DNA of 64,000 nt from the human T2T-CHM13v2.0 reference genome, Homo sapiens. Location of the stretch: the NCBI RefSeq assembly GCF_009914755.1, contig NC_060927.1; one strand, written 5' to 3'. The notes beneath the pieces are model-generated. The model had not been told where the DNA came from, searched no databases, and was given only the letters and a program-made list of their open reading frames with translations. Shown in pieces: positions 1 through 11,533 of this stretch. The translations under genes and the position numbers were made by a program. Position 1 is the first letter of the stretch. Each line of letters opens with the position of its first letter.

Positions 1-170
1 CCCGTTTCCAAAGATGGCCTCAGAAAAGTCCCAATATACACTTGCAGATTCTACAAAAAGCGTTATTCAAAACTGCTCTACCAAAAGGAAGGTTAAACTC
101 TGTGAGTTGAAGGCACACATCACAGAGTAGTTTCTGAGAATCATTCTGTCTAATTTTTCTATGAAGATAT

Positions 171-187
171 TGCCTTTTCCACCATAG
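171..187 (-). promoter_or_regulatory. A-type (pJalpha-like) box, monomer 2 (example; monomers 2, 4, 5, 7, 9 and 10 are A-type)
   Basis: Minus strand CTATGGTGGAAAAGGCA resembles the pJalpha motif CTAYGGTGRAAAAGGAA and sits at the box position of the monomer. Confidence 0.65.
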
Positions 188-339
188 GCCTCAAACGGCG
201 CTAAATATCCACTTGGAAATTCTACAAAAAGAGAGTTACTAAACTGCTCTATCGAAAGGAAGCTTCAACGCTGCGAGTTGAAAGCACACATCACGAAGAA
301 GTTTATGAGAATTCTTCTGTCTACTTTTGTATGAAGCTG

Positions 340-356
340 TCACGTTTCAAACGAAG
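340..356 (-). promoter_or_regulatory. Degenerate CENP-B box, monomer 3 (example)
   Basis: Minus strand CTTCGTTTGAAACGTGA: CGTG in place of CGGG. Confidence 0.85.
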
Positions 357-1188
357 GTCACAAAGAGGTCCAAATATCCACTTGGAGATTCAACAAAAAG
401 AGTTTTTCAAAACTGCTCCATCAAGAGGAATATTCAACTCTGAGATTTGAAGGCAGGTATCACAAAGTAGTTCCCGGCAATGCTTCTGTCTAGATTTTAT
501 GTGAAGACATTCCCTTTTGTACCACAGGCCTGAAAGCACTCTAAATATACAATTGCAAATTCCACAAAAAGAGTGTTGAAAACCGCTCTATCCAAAGAAA
601 GGTTAAACTCTGTCAGCTGAATGCGCACATCACAGAGCAGCTTCAGAGAACAATTATGTCTAGTTTTTCTGTGAAGATAGTTTCTCTTCTACATAGGCCT
701 GAAACCGCTCTAAATATTCACTTGGAAATTCTACAAAAAGAATAATTCAACACTCTTCTATCAAAAGGAAGGTTGAACTCTGAGAGTTAAACGCACACAT
801 CACAGAGAAGTTTCTGAGAATTCTTCTGTCAATGTTTATATGAAGAAACCCCGTTTCGAATGAAGGCCTCAAAAAAGTCCAAATATTTACTTGCCGATTC
901 CACAGAAAGAGTGTTTCATAACTGGTCTATCAAAAGAAAGGTTAAACTCACTGAGTTCAACCCACACATCACAAATTAGCTTCTGAGAATCATTCTGTCT
1001 AGTTTTCCTACGAAGATATTGCCTTTTCTACCATAGGCCTCAAATGGCGCAAAATATCCACCTGGAAATTCTACCAAAACTGAGTTTCAAAAGTGCTCTA
1101 GTGAAAGGAAGCTTCACCTCTGTGAGTTGAAGGTACACATCACAAAGAGGTTTCTGAGAATTCTTCTGTCTAGTTGTAAATGAAGAAA

Positions 1189-1205
1189 TCACGTTTCAAA
1201 CGAAG
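1189..1205 (-). promoter_or_regulatory. Degenerate CENP-B box, monomer 8 (example)
   Basis: Minus strand CTTCGTTTGAAACGTGA, the same CGTG defect as monomer 3. Confidence 0.85.
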
Positions 1206-1698
1206 GCCACAAAGAGGTCCAAATATCCACCTGCAGATTCTGCAAAAAGAGGGTTTCAAAACTGCTCCATCAAGAGGAATGTTCAACTCTGTGCCTTGAA
1301 TGCAAATATCACAAATAAGTTTCTGACAATACTTCTGTCTAGTTTTTATGTGAAGATATTTCCTTTCCTACTGTAGGCCTCAAAACGCTCTAAATATACA
1401 CTTGCAAATTCCACAAAAAGAGTGTTTCCAAACTGCTCTATCAAAGGAAGTTTAAACTCTGTCAGCTTAATGCAAGCATCACAAAACAGCTTCGGAGAAT
1501 GAATCTGCCTAGTTTTTCTGTGAAGATATTTCTTTTTCTGCCATAGACCTCAAAGCGCTGTAAAAATCCACTTGGAAATTCTACAAAAAGAGTATTTCGA
1601 AACTCTTCTATTGAAAGGAAGTCTCAACTCCATGAGTTAAATGCACATATCACAAATAATTTTCTGAGGATTCTTCTTTCAAGTTTTATATGAAGAAA

Positions 1699-1715
1699 TC
1701 CCGTTTCCAAAGATG
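1699..1715 (-). promoter_or_regulatory. Degenerate CENP-B box, monomer 1 (example; recurs in every HOR)
   Basis: Minus strand CATCTTTGGAAACGGGA versus core NTTCGNNNNANNCGGGN: two essential mismatches (ATCT for TTCG). Confidence 0.85.
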
Positions 1716-3859
1716 GCCTCAGAAAAGTCCCAATATACACTTGCAGATTCTACGAAAAGCGTTTTTCAAAACTGCTCTACCAAAAGGAAGGTTAAACTCT
1801 GTGAGTTGAAGGCACACATCACAAAGTAGTTTCTGAGAATCATTCTGTCTAGTTTTTCTATGAAGATATTGCCTTTTCCACCATAGGCCTCAAACGGCGC
1901 TAAATATCCACTTGGAAATTCTACAAAAAGAGAGTTACTAAACTGCTCTATCGAAAGGAAGTTCAACGCTGCGAGTTGAAAGCACACATCACGAAGAAGT
2001 TTATGAGAATTCTTCTGTCTACTTTTGTATGAAGCAGTCACGTTTCAAACGAAGGCCACAAAGAGGTCCAAATATCCACTTGGAGATTCAACAAAAAGAG
2101 TTTTTCAAAACTGCTCCGTCAAGAGGAATATTCAACTCTGCGAGTTGAAGGCTGGTATCACATAGTAGTTCCCGACAATGCTTCTGTCTAGATTTTATGT
2201 GAAGACATTCCCTTTTGTACCACAGGCCTGAAAGCACTCTAAATATAGAATTGCAAATTCCACAAAAAGAGTGTTGAAAACCGCTCTATCCAAAGAAAGG
2301 TTAAACTCTGTCAGCTGAATGCGCACATCACAGAGCAGCTTCAGAGAACAATTATGTCTAGTTTTTCTGTGAAGATAGATTCTCTTCTACATAGGCCTGA
2401 AACCGCTCTAAATATTCACTTGGAAATTCTACAAAAAGAATATTTCAACACTCTTCTATCAAAAGGAAGGTTGAACTCTGAGAGTTAAACGCACACATCA
2501 CAGAGAATATTTCTGAGAATTCTTCTGTCAAGGTTTATATGAAGAAACCCCGTTTCCAATGAAGCCCTCAAAAAAGTCCAAATATTTACTTGCCGATTCC
2601 ACAGAAAGAGTGTTTCATAACTGGTCTATCAAAAGAAAGGTGAAACTCAGTGAGTTGAACCCACACATCACAAAGTAGCTTCTGAGAATCATTCTGTCTA
2701 GTTCTCCTACGAAGATATTGCCTTTTCTACCATAGGCCTCAAACGGCGCAAAACATCCATCTGGAAATTCTACCAAAACTGAGTTTCAAAAGTGCTCTAT
2801 TGAAAGGAAGCTTCACCTCTGTGAGTTGAAGGTACACATCACTAAGAAGTTTCTGAGAATTCTTCTGTCTAGTTGTAAATGAAGAAATCACGTTTCAAAC
2901 GAAGGTCACAAAGAGGTCCAAATATCCACCTGCAGATTCTGCAAAAAGAGGGTTTCAAAACTGCTCCATCAAGAGGAATGTTCAACTCTGTGCGTTGAAT
3001 GCAAATATCACAAATAAGTTTCTGACAATACTTCTGTCTAGTTTTTATGTGAAGATATTTCCTTTCCTACCGTAGGCCTCAAAACGCTCTAAATATACTC
3101 TTGCAAATTCCACAAAAAGAGTGTTTCCAAACTGCTCTATCAAAGGAAGTTTAAACTCTGTCAGCTTAATGCAAGCATCACAAAACAGCTTCAGAGAATG
3201 AATCTGCCTAGTTTTTCTGTGAAGATATTTCTTTTTCTGCCATAGACCTCAAACCGCTGTAAAAATCCACTTGGAAATTCTACAAAAAGAGTATGTCAAA
3301 ACTCTTCTATCGAAAGGAAGTCTCAACTCCATGAGTTAAATGCACATATCACAAATAATTTTCTGAGGATTCTTCTTTCAAGTTTTATGTGAAGAAATCC
3401 CGTTTCCAAAGATGGCCTCAGAAAAGTCCCAATATACACTTGCAGATTCTACAAAAAGAGTTTTTCAAAACTGCTCTTCCAAAAGGAAGGTTAAACTCTG
3501 TGAGTTGAAGGCACACATCACAAAGTAGTTTCTGAGAATCATTCTGTCTAGTTTTTCTAGGAAGATATTGCCTTTTCCACCATAAGCCCCAAACGGCGCC
3601 AAATATCCACTTGGAAATTCTACAATAAGAGAGTCACAAAACTGCTCTATCGAAAGGAAGCTTCAACGCTGCAAGTTGAAAGCACACATCACGAAGAAGT
3701 TTATGAGAATTCTTCTGTCTACTTTTGTATGAAGCAGTCACGTTTCAAACGAAGGCCACAAAGAGGTCCAAATATCCACTTCGAGATTCAACAAAAAGAG
3801 TTTTTCAAAACTGCTCCATCAAGAGGAATATTCAAATCTGAGAGTTGAAGGCAGGTATC

Positions 3860-6800
3860 CCAAAGTAGTTCCCGACAATGCTTCTGTCTAGATTTTATGT
3901 GAAGACATTCCCTTTTGTACCACAGGCCTGAAAGCACTCTAAATATAGAATTGCAAATTCCACAAAAAGAGTGTTGAAAACCGCTCTATCCAAAGAAAGG
4001 TTAAACTCTGTCAGCTGAATGCGCACATCACAGAGTAGCTTCAGAGAACAATTATGCCTAGTTTTTCCGTGAAGATAGATTCTCTTCTACATAAGCCTGA
4101 GACCACTCTAAATATTCCTTTGGAAATTCTGCAAAAAGAATATTTCAACACTCTTCTATCAAAAGGAAGGTGGAACTCTGAGAGGTAAACGCACACATCA
4201 CAGAGAAGTTTCTGAGAATTCTTCTGTCAAGGTTTATATGAAGAAACCCCGTTTCCAATGAAGGCCTCAAAAAAGTCCAAATATTTACTTGCAGATTCCA
4301 CAAAAAGAGTGTTTCATAACTGGTCTATCAAAAGAAAGGTGAAACTCAGTGAGTTGAACCCACACATCACAAAGTAGCTTCTGAGAATCATTCTGTCTAG
4401 TTCTCCTACGAAGATATTGCCTTTTCTACCATAGGCCTCAAACGGCGCTAAATATCCACCTGGAAATTCTACCAAAACTGAGCTTCAAAAGTGCTCTATT
4501 GAAAGGAAGCTTCACCTCTGTGAGTTGAAGGTACTCATCACAAAGAAGTTTCTGAGAATTCTTCTGTCTAGTTGTAAATGAAGAAATCACGTTTCAAAAG
4601 AAGGCCACAAAGAGGTCCAAATATCCACCTTCAGATTCTACAAAAAGAGTGTTTCAAAACTGCTCCATCAAGAGGAATGTTCAACTCTGTGCGTTGAATG
4701 CAAATATCACAAGTAAGTTTCTGAGAATACTTCTGTGTAGTTTTTATGTGAAGATATTTCCTTTCCTACTGTAGGCCTCAAAACGCTCTAAATACACACT
4801 TGCAAATTCCACAAAAAGAGTGTTTCCAAACTGCTCTATCAAAGGAGGTTTAAACTCTGTCCGCTTAATGCAAGCATCACAAAACAGCTTCGGAGAATGA
4901 AGCTGCCTAGTTTTTCTGTGAAGATATTTCTTTTCCTGCCATAGACCTCAAACCGCTGTAAAAATCCACTTGGAAATTCTACAAAAAGAGTATTTCAAAG
5001 CTCTTCTATCGAAAGGAAGTTTCAACTCCATGAGTTAAATGCACATATCACAAATAATTTTCTGAGGATTCTTCTTTCAAGATTTATATGAAGAAATCCC
5101 GTTTCCAAAGATGGCCTCAGAAAAGTCCCAATATACACTTGCAGATTCTACAAAAAGAGTTTTTCAAAACTGCTCTATCAAAAGGAAGGTTAAACTCTGT
5201 GAGTTGAAGGCACACATCACAGAGTAGTTTCTGAGAATCATTCTGTCTAGTTTTTCTAGGAAGATATCGCCTTCTCCACCATAGGCCTCAAACGGCGCTA
5301 AATATCCACTTGGAAATTCTACAATAAGAGAGTTACTAGACTGCTCTATCGAAAGGAAGCTTCAACTCTGCGAGTGGAAAGCACACATCACGGAGAAGTT
5401 TATGAGAATTCTTCTGTCTACTTTTGTATGAAGCAGTCACGTTTCAAACGAAGGCCACAAAGAGGTCCAAATATCCACTTGGAGATTCAAAAAAAGAGTT
5501 TTTCAAAACTGCTCCATCAAGAGGAATATTCAACTCTGAGAGTTGAAGGCAGGTATCCCAAAGTAGTTCCCGACAATGCTTCTGTCTAGATTTTATGTGA
5601 AGACATTCCCTTTTGTACCACAGGCCTGAAAGCACTCTAAATATAGAACTGCAAATTCCACAAAAAGAGTGTTGAAAACCGCTCTATCCAAAGAAAGGTT
5701 AAACTCTGTCAGCTGAATGCGCACATCACAGAGTAGCTTCAGAGAACAATTATGCCTAGTTTTTCCGTGAAGATAGATTCTCTTCTACATAGGCCTGAGG
5801 CCGCTCTAAATATTCCTTTGGAAATTCTGCAAAAAGAATATTTCAACACTCTTCTATCAAAAGGAAGGTGGAACTCTGAGAGGTAAACGCACACATCACA
5901 GAGAAGTTTCTGAGAATTCTTCTGTCAAGGTTTATATGAAGAAACCCCGTTTCCAATGAAGGCCTCAAAAAAGTCCAAATATTTACTTGCAGATTCCACA
6001 AAAAGAGTGTTTCATAACTGGTCTATCAAAAGAAAGGTTAAACTCAGTGAGTTGAACCCACACATCACAAAGTAGCTTCTGAGAATCATTCTGTCTAGTT
6101 CTCCTACGAAGATATTGCCTTTTCTACCATAGGCCTCAAACGGCGCTAAATATCCAACTTTAAATTCTACCAAAACTGAGCTTCAAAAGTGCTCTATTGA
6201 AAGGAAGCTTCACTTCTGTGAGTTGAAGGTACTCATCGCAAAGAAGTTTCTGAGAATTCTTCTGTCTAGTTGTAAATGAAGAAATCACGTTTCAAAAGAA
6301 GGCCACAAAGAGGTCCAAATATCCACCTGCAGATTCTACAAAAAGAGTGTTTCAAAACTGCTCCATCAAGAGGAATGTTCAAATCTGTGCGTTGAATGCA
6401 AATATCACAAGGAAGTTTCTGAGAATACTTCTGTGTAGTTTTTATGTGAAGATATTTCCTTTCCTACTGTAGGCCTCAAAACGCTCTAAATATACACTTG
6501 CAAATTCCACAAAAAGAGTGTTTCCAAACTGCTCTCTCAAAGGAAGTTTAAACTCTGTCCGCTTAATGCAAGCATCACAAAACAGCTTCGGAGAATGGAT
6601 CTGCCTAGTTTTTCTGTGAAGATATTTCTTTTTCTGCCATAGACCTCAAACCGCTGTAAAAATCCACTTGGAAATTCTACAAAAAGAGTATTTCAAAGCT
6701 CTTCTATCGAAAGGAAGTTTCAACTCCATGAGTTAAATGCACATATCACAAATAATTCTCTGAGGATTCTTCTTTCAAGATTTATATGAAGAAATCCCGT

Positions 6801-9800
6801 TTCCAAAGATGGCCTCAGAAAACTCCCAATATACACTTGCAGATTCTACAAAAAGAGTTTTTCAAAACTGCTCTATCAAAAGGAAGGTTAAACTCTGTGA
6901 GTTGAAGGCACACATCACAGAGTAGTTTCTGAGAATCATTCTGTCTAGTTTTTCTATGAAGATATCGCCTTCTCCACCATAGGCCTCAAGCGGCGCTAAA
7001 TATCCACTTGGAAATTCTACAAAAAGAGAGTTACAAGACTGCTCTATCGAAAGGAAGCTTCAACTCTGCGAGTGGAAAGCACACATCACGAAGAAGTTTA
7101 TGAGAATTCTTCTGTCTACTTTGGTGTGAAGCAGTCACGTTTCAAACGAATGCCACAAAGAGGTCCAAATATCCACTTGGAGATTCAACAAAAAGAGTTT
7201 TTCAAAACTGCTCCATCAAGAGGAATATTCAACTCTGAGAGTTGAAGGCAGGTATCCCAAAGTAGTTCCCAACAATGCTTCTGTCTAGATTTTATGTGAA
7301 GACATTCCCTTTTGTACCACAGGCTTGAAAGCACTCTAAATATAGAATTGCAAATTCCACAAAAAGAGGGTTTAATACCGCTCTATCCAAAGAAAGGTGA
7401 AACTCTGTCAGCTGAATGCGCACATCACAGAGTAGCTTCAGAGAACAATTATGTCTAGTTTTTCCGTGAAGATAGTTTCTCTTCTACATAGGCCTGAGAC
7501 CGCTCTAAATATTCACTTGGAAATTCTGCAAAAAGAATATTTCAACACTCTTCTATCAAAAGGAAGGTTGAACTCTGAGAGGTAAACACACACATCACAG
7601 AGAAGTTTCTGAGAATTCTTCTGTCAAGGTTTATATGAAGAAACCCCGTTTCAAATGAAGGCCTCAAAAAAGTCCAAATATTTACTTGCAGATTCCACAA
7701 AAAGAGTGTTTCATAACTGGTCTATCAAAAGAAAGGTTAAACTCAGTGAGTTGAACCCACACATCACAAAGTAGATTCTGAGAATCATTCTGTCTAGTTC
7801 TCCTACGAAGATATTGCCTTTTCTACCATAGGCCTCAAACGGCGCTAAATATCCACCTGGAAATTCTACCAAAACTGAGCTTCAAAAGTGCTCTATTGAA
7901 AGGAAGCTTCAACTCTGTGAGTTGAAGGTACTCATCACAAAGAAGTTTCTGAGAATTCTTCTGTCTAGTTGTAAATGAAGAAATCACGTTTCAAAAGAAG
8001 GCCACAAAGAGGTCCAAATATCCACCTGCAGATTCTACAAAAAGAGTGTTTCAAAACTGCTCCATCAAGAGCAATGTTCAACTCTGTGCGTTGAACGCAA
8101 ATATCACAAGTAAGTTTCTGAGAATACTTCTGTGTAGTTTTTATGTGAAGATATTTCCTTTCCTACTGTAGGCCTCAAAACGCTCTAAATATACACTTGC
8201 AAATTCCACAAAAAGAGTGTTTCCAAACTGCTCTATCAAAGGAGGTTTAAACTCTGTCCGCTTAATGCAAGCATCACAAAACAGCTTCGGAGAATGAATC
8301 TGCCTAGTTTTTCTGTGAAGATATTTCTTTTCCTGCCATAGACCTCAAACCGCTGTAAAAATCCACTTGGAAATTCTACAAAAAGAGTATTGCAAAGCTC
8401 TTCTATCGAAAGGAAGTTTCAAATCCATGAGTTAAATGCACATATCACAAATAATTTTCTGAGGATTCTTCTTTCAAGTTTTATATGAAGAAATCCCGTT
8501 TCCAAAGATGGCCTCAGAAAAGTCCCAATATACACTTGCAGATTCTACAAAAAGAGTTTTTCAAAACTGCTCTATCAAAAGGAAGGTTAAACTCTGTGAG
8601 TTTAAGGCACACATCACAGAGTAGTTTCTGAGAATCATTCTGTCTAGTTTTTCTATGAAGATATCGCCTTCTCCACCATAGGCCTCAAACGGCGCTAAAT
8701 ATCCACTTGGAAATTCTACAAAAAGAGAGTTACAAGACTGCTCTATCGAAAGGAAGCTTCAACTCTGCGAGTGGAAAGCACACATCACGAAGAAGTTTAT
8801 GAGAATTCTTCTGTCTACTTTTGTATGAAGCAGTCACGTTTCAAACGAAGGCCACAAAGAGGTCCAAATATCCACTTGGAGATTCAACAAAAAGAGTTTT
8901 TCAAAACTGCTCCATCAAGAGGAATATTCAACTCTGAGAGTTGAAGGCAGGTATCCCAAAGTAGTTCCCGACAATGCTTCTGTCTAGATTTTATGTGAAG
9001 ACATTCCCTTTTGTACCACAGGCCTGAAAGCACTCTAAATATAGAATTGCAAATTCCACAAAAAGAGTGTTGAAAACCGCTCTATCCAAAGAAAGGTGAA
9101 ACTCTGTCAGCTGAATGCGCACATCACAGAGTAGCTTCAGAGAACAATTATGTCTAGTTTTTCCGTGAAGATAGTTTCTCTTCTACATAGGCCTGAGACC
9201 GCTCTAAATATTCACTTGGAAATTCTGCAAAAAGAATATTTCAACACTCTTCTATCAAAAGGAAGGTTGAACTCTGAGAGGTAAACACACACATCACAGA
9301 GAAGTTTCTGAGAATTCTTCTGTCAAGGTTTATATGAGGAAACCCCGTTTCCAATGAAGGCCTCAAAAAAGTCCAAATATTTACTTGCAGATTCCAGAAA
9401 AAGAGTGTTTCATAACTGGTCTATCAAAAGAAAGGTTAAACTCAGTGAGTTGAACCCACACATCACAAGGTAGCTTCTGAGAATCATTCTGTCTAGTTCT
9501 CCTACGAAGATATTGCCTTTTCTACCATACGCCTCAAACGGCGCTAAATATCCACCTGGAAATTCTACCAAAACTGAGCTTCAAAAGTGCTCTATTGAAA
9601 GGAAGCTTCAACTCTGTGAGTTGTAGGTACACATCACAAAGAAGTTTCTGAGAATTCTTCTGTCTAGTTGTAAATGAAGAAATCACGTTTCAAACGAAGG
9701 CCAAAAAGAGGTCCAAATATCCACCTGCAGATTCTACAAAAAGAGTGTTTCAAAACTGCTCCATCAAGAGGAATGTTCAACTCTGTGCGTTGAATGCAAA

Positions 9801-11533
9801 TATCACAAGTAAGTTTCTGACAATACTTCTGTCTAGCTTTTATGTGAAGATATTTCCTTTCCTACTGTAGGCCTCAAAACACTCTAAATATACACTTGCA
9901 AATTCCACAAAAAGAGTGTTTCCAAACTGCTCTATCAAAGGAAGTTTAAACTCTGTCAGCTTAATGCAAGCATCACAAAACAGCTTCGGAGAATGAATCT
10001 GCCTAGTTTTTCTGTGAAGATATTTCTTTTTCTGCCATAGACCCCGAACCGCTGTAAAAATCCACTTGGAAATTCTACAAACAGAGTATTTCAAAGCTCT
10101 TCTATCGAAAGGAAGTTTCAGCACCATGAGTTAAATGCACATATCACAAATAATTTTCTGAGGATTCTTCTTTCAAGTTTTATATGAAGAAATCCCGTTT
10201 CCATAGATGGCCTCAGAAAAGTCCCAATATACACTTGCAGATTCTACAAAAAGAGTTTTTCAAAACTGCTCTATCAAAAGAAAGGTTAAACTCTGTGAGT
10301 TCAAGGCACACATCACAGAGTAGTTTCTGAGAATCATTCTGTCTAGTTTTTCGATGAAGATATCGCCTTCTCCACCATAGGCCTCAAACGGCGCTAAATA
10401 TCCACTTGGAAATTCTACAAAAAGAGAGTTACAAGACTGCTCTATCGAAAGGAAGCTTCAACTCTGCGAGTGGAAAGCACACATCACGAAGAAGTTTATG
10501 AGAATTCTTCTGTCTACTTTTGTATGAAGCAGTCACGTTTCAAACGAAGGCCACAAAGAGGTCCAAATATCCACTTGGAGATTCAACAAAAGGAGTTTTT
10601 CAAAACTGCTCCATCAAGAGGAATATTCAACTCTGAGAGTTGAAGGCAGGTATCACAAAGTAGTTCCCGACAATGCTTCTGTCTAGATTTTATGTGAAGA
10701 CATTCCCTTTTGTACCACAGGCCTGAAAGCACTCTAAATATAGAATTGCAAATTCCACAAAAAGACGGTTTAAAACCGCTCTATCCAAAGAAAGGTTAAA
10801 CTCTGTCAGCTGAATGCGCACATCACAGAGTAGCTTCAGAGAACAATTATGTCTAGTTTTTCCGTGAAGATAGTTTCTCTTCCACATAGGCCTGAGACCC
10901 CTCTAAATATTCACTTGGAAATTCTGCAAAAAGAATATTTCAACACTCTTCTATCAAAAGGAAGGTTGAACTCTGAGAGTTAAACGCACACATCACAGAG
11001 AAGTTTCTGAGAATTCTTCTGTCAAGGTTTATATGAAGAAACCCCGTTTCCAATGAAGGCCTCAAAAAAGTCCAAATATTTACTTGCAGATTCCACAAAA
11101 AGAGTGTTTCATAACTGGTCTATCAAAAGAAAGGTTAAACTCAGTGAGTTGAACCCACACATCACAAACTAGCTTCTGAGAATCATTCTGTCTAGTTCTC
11201 CTACGAAGATATTGCCTTTTCTACCATAGGCCTCAAACGGCGCTAAATATCCACCTGGAAATCCTACCAAAACTGAGCTTCAAAAGTGCTCTATTGAAAG
11301 GAAGCTTCACCTCTGTGAGTTGAAGGTACACATCACAAAGAAGTTTCTGAGAATTCTTCTGTCTAGTTGTAAATGAAGAAATCACGTTTCAAACGAAGGC
11401 CACAAAGAGGTCCAAATATCCACCTGCAGATTCTACAAAAAGAGTGTTTCAAAACTGCTCCATCAAGAGGAGTGTTCAACTCTGTGCGTTGAAGGCAAAT
11501 ATCACAAGTAAGTTTCTGACAATACTTCTGTGT
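3860..11533. repeat. HOR haplotype II block (left)
   Basis: Linked variants: GATATCGCCTTCTCC, GTTACAAGAC, CAGAGTAGC, TTTTCCGTG, CCTGAGACC, GAGCTTCAAAAG, CTGTGTAG, CAAAGCTCTT. Boundaries are approximate. Confidence 0.85.
4247..4263 (-). promoter_or_regulatory. Degenerate CENP-B box, monomer 6 (example)
   Basis: Minus strand CTTCATTGGAAACGGGG: TTCA in place of TTCG, a CpG-transition-type change. Confidence 0.85.

Noticed and set aside
1-1699. Firm assignment to human D18Z2 or to SF3 (W1-W5) pentamers
   Set aside because: Unit size and SF2-like monomer text fit a D18Z2-class array, but species and chromosome need an alignment. The pattern of two B and three A monomers differs from SF3 pentamers, which have three B-type monomers.
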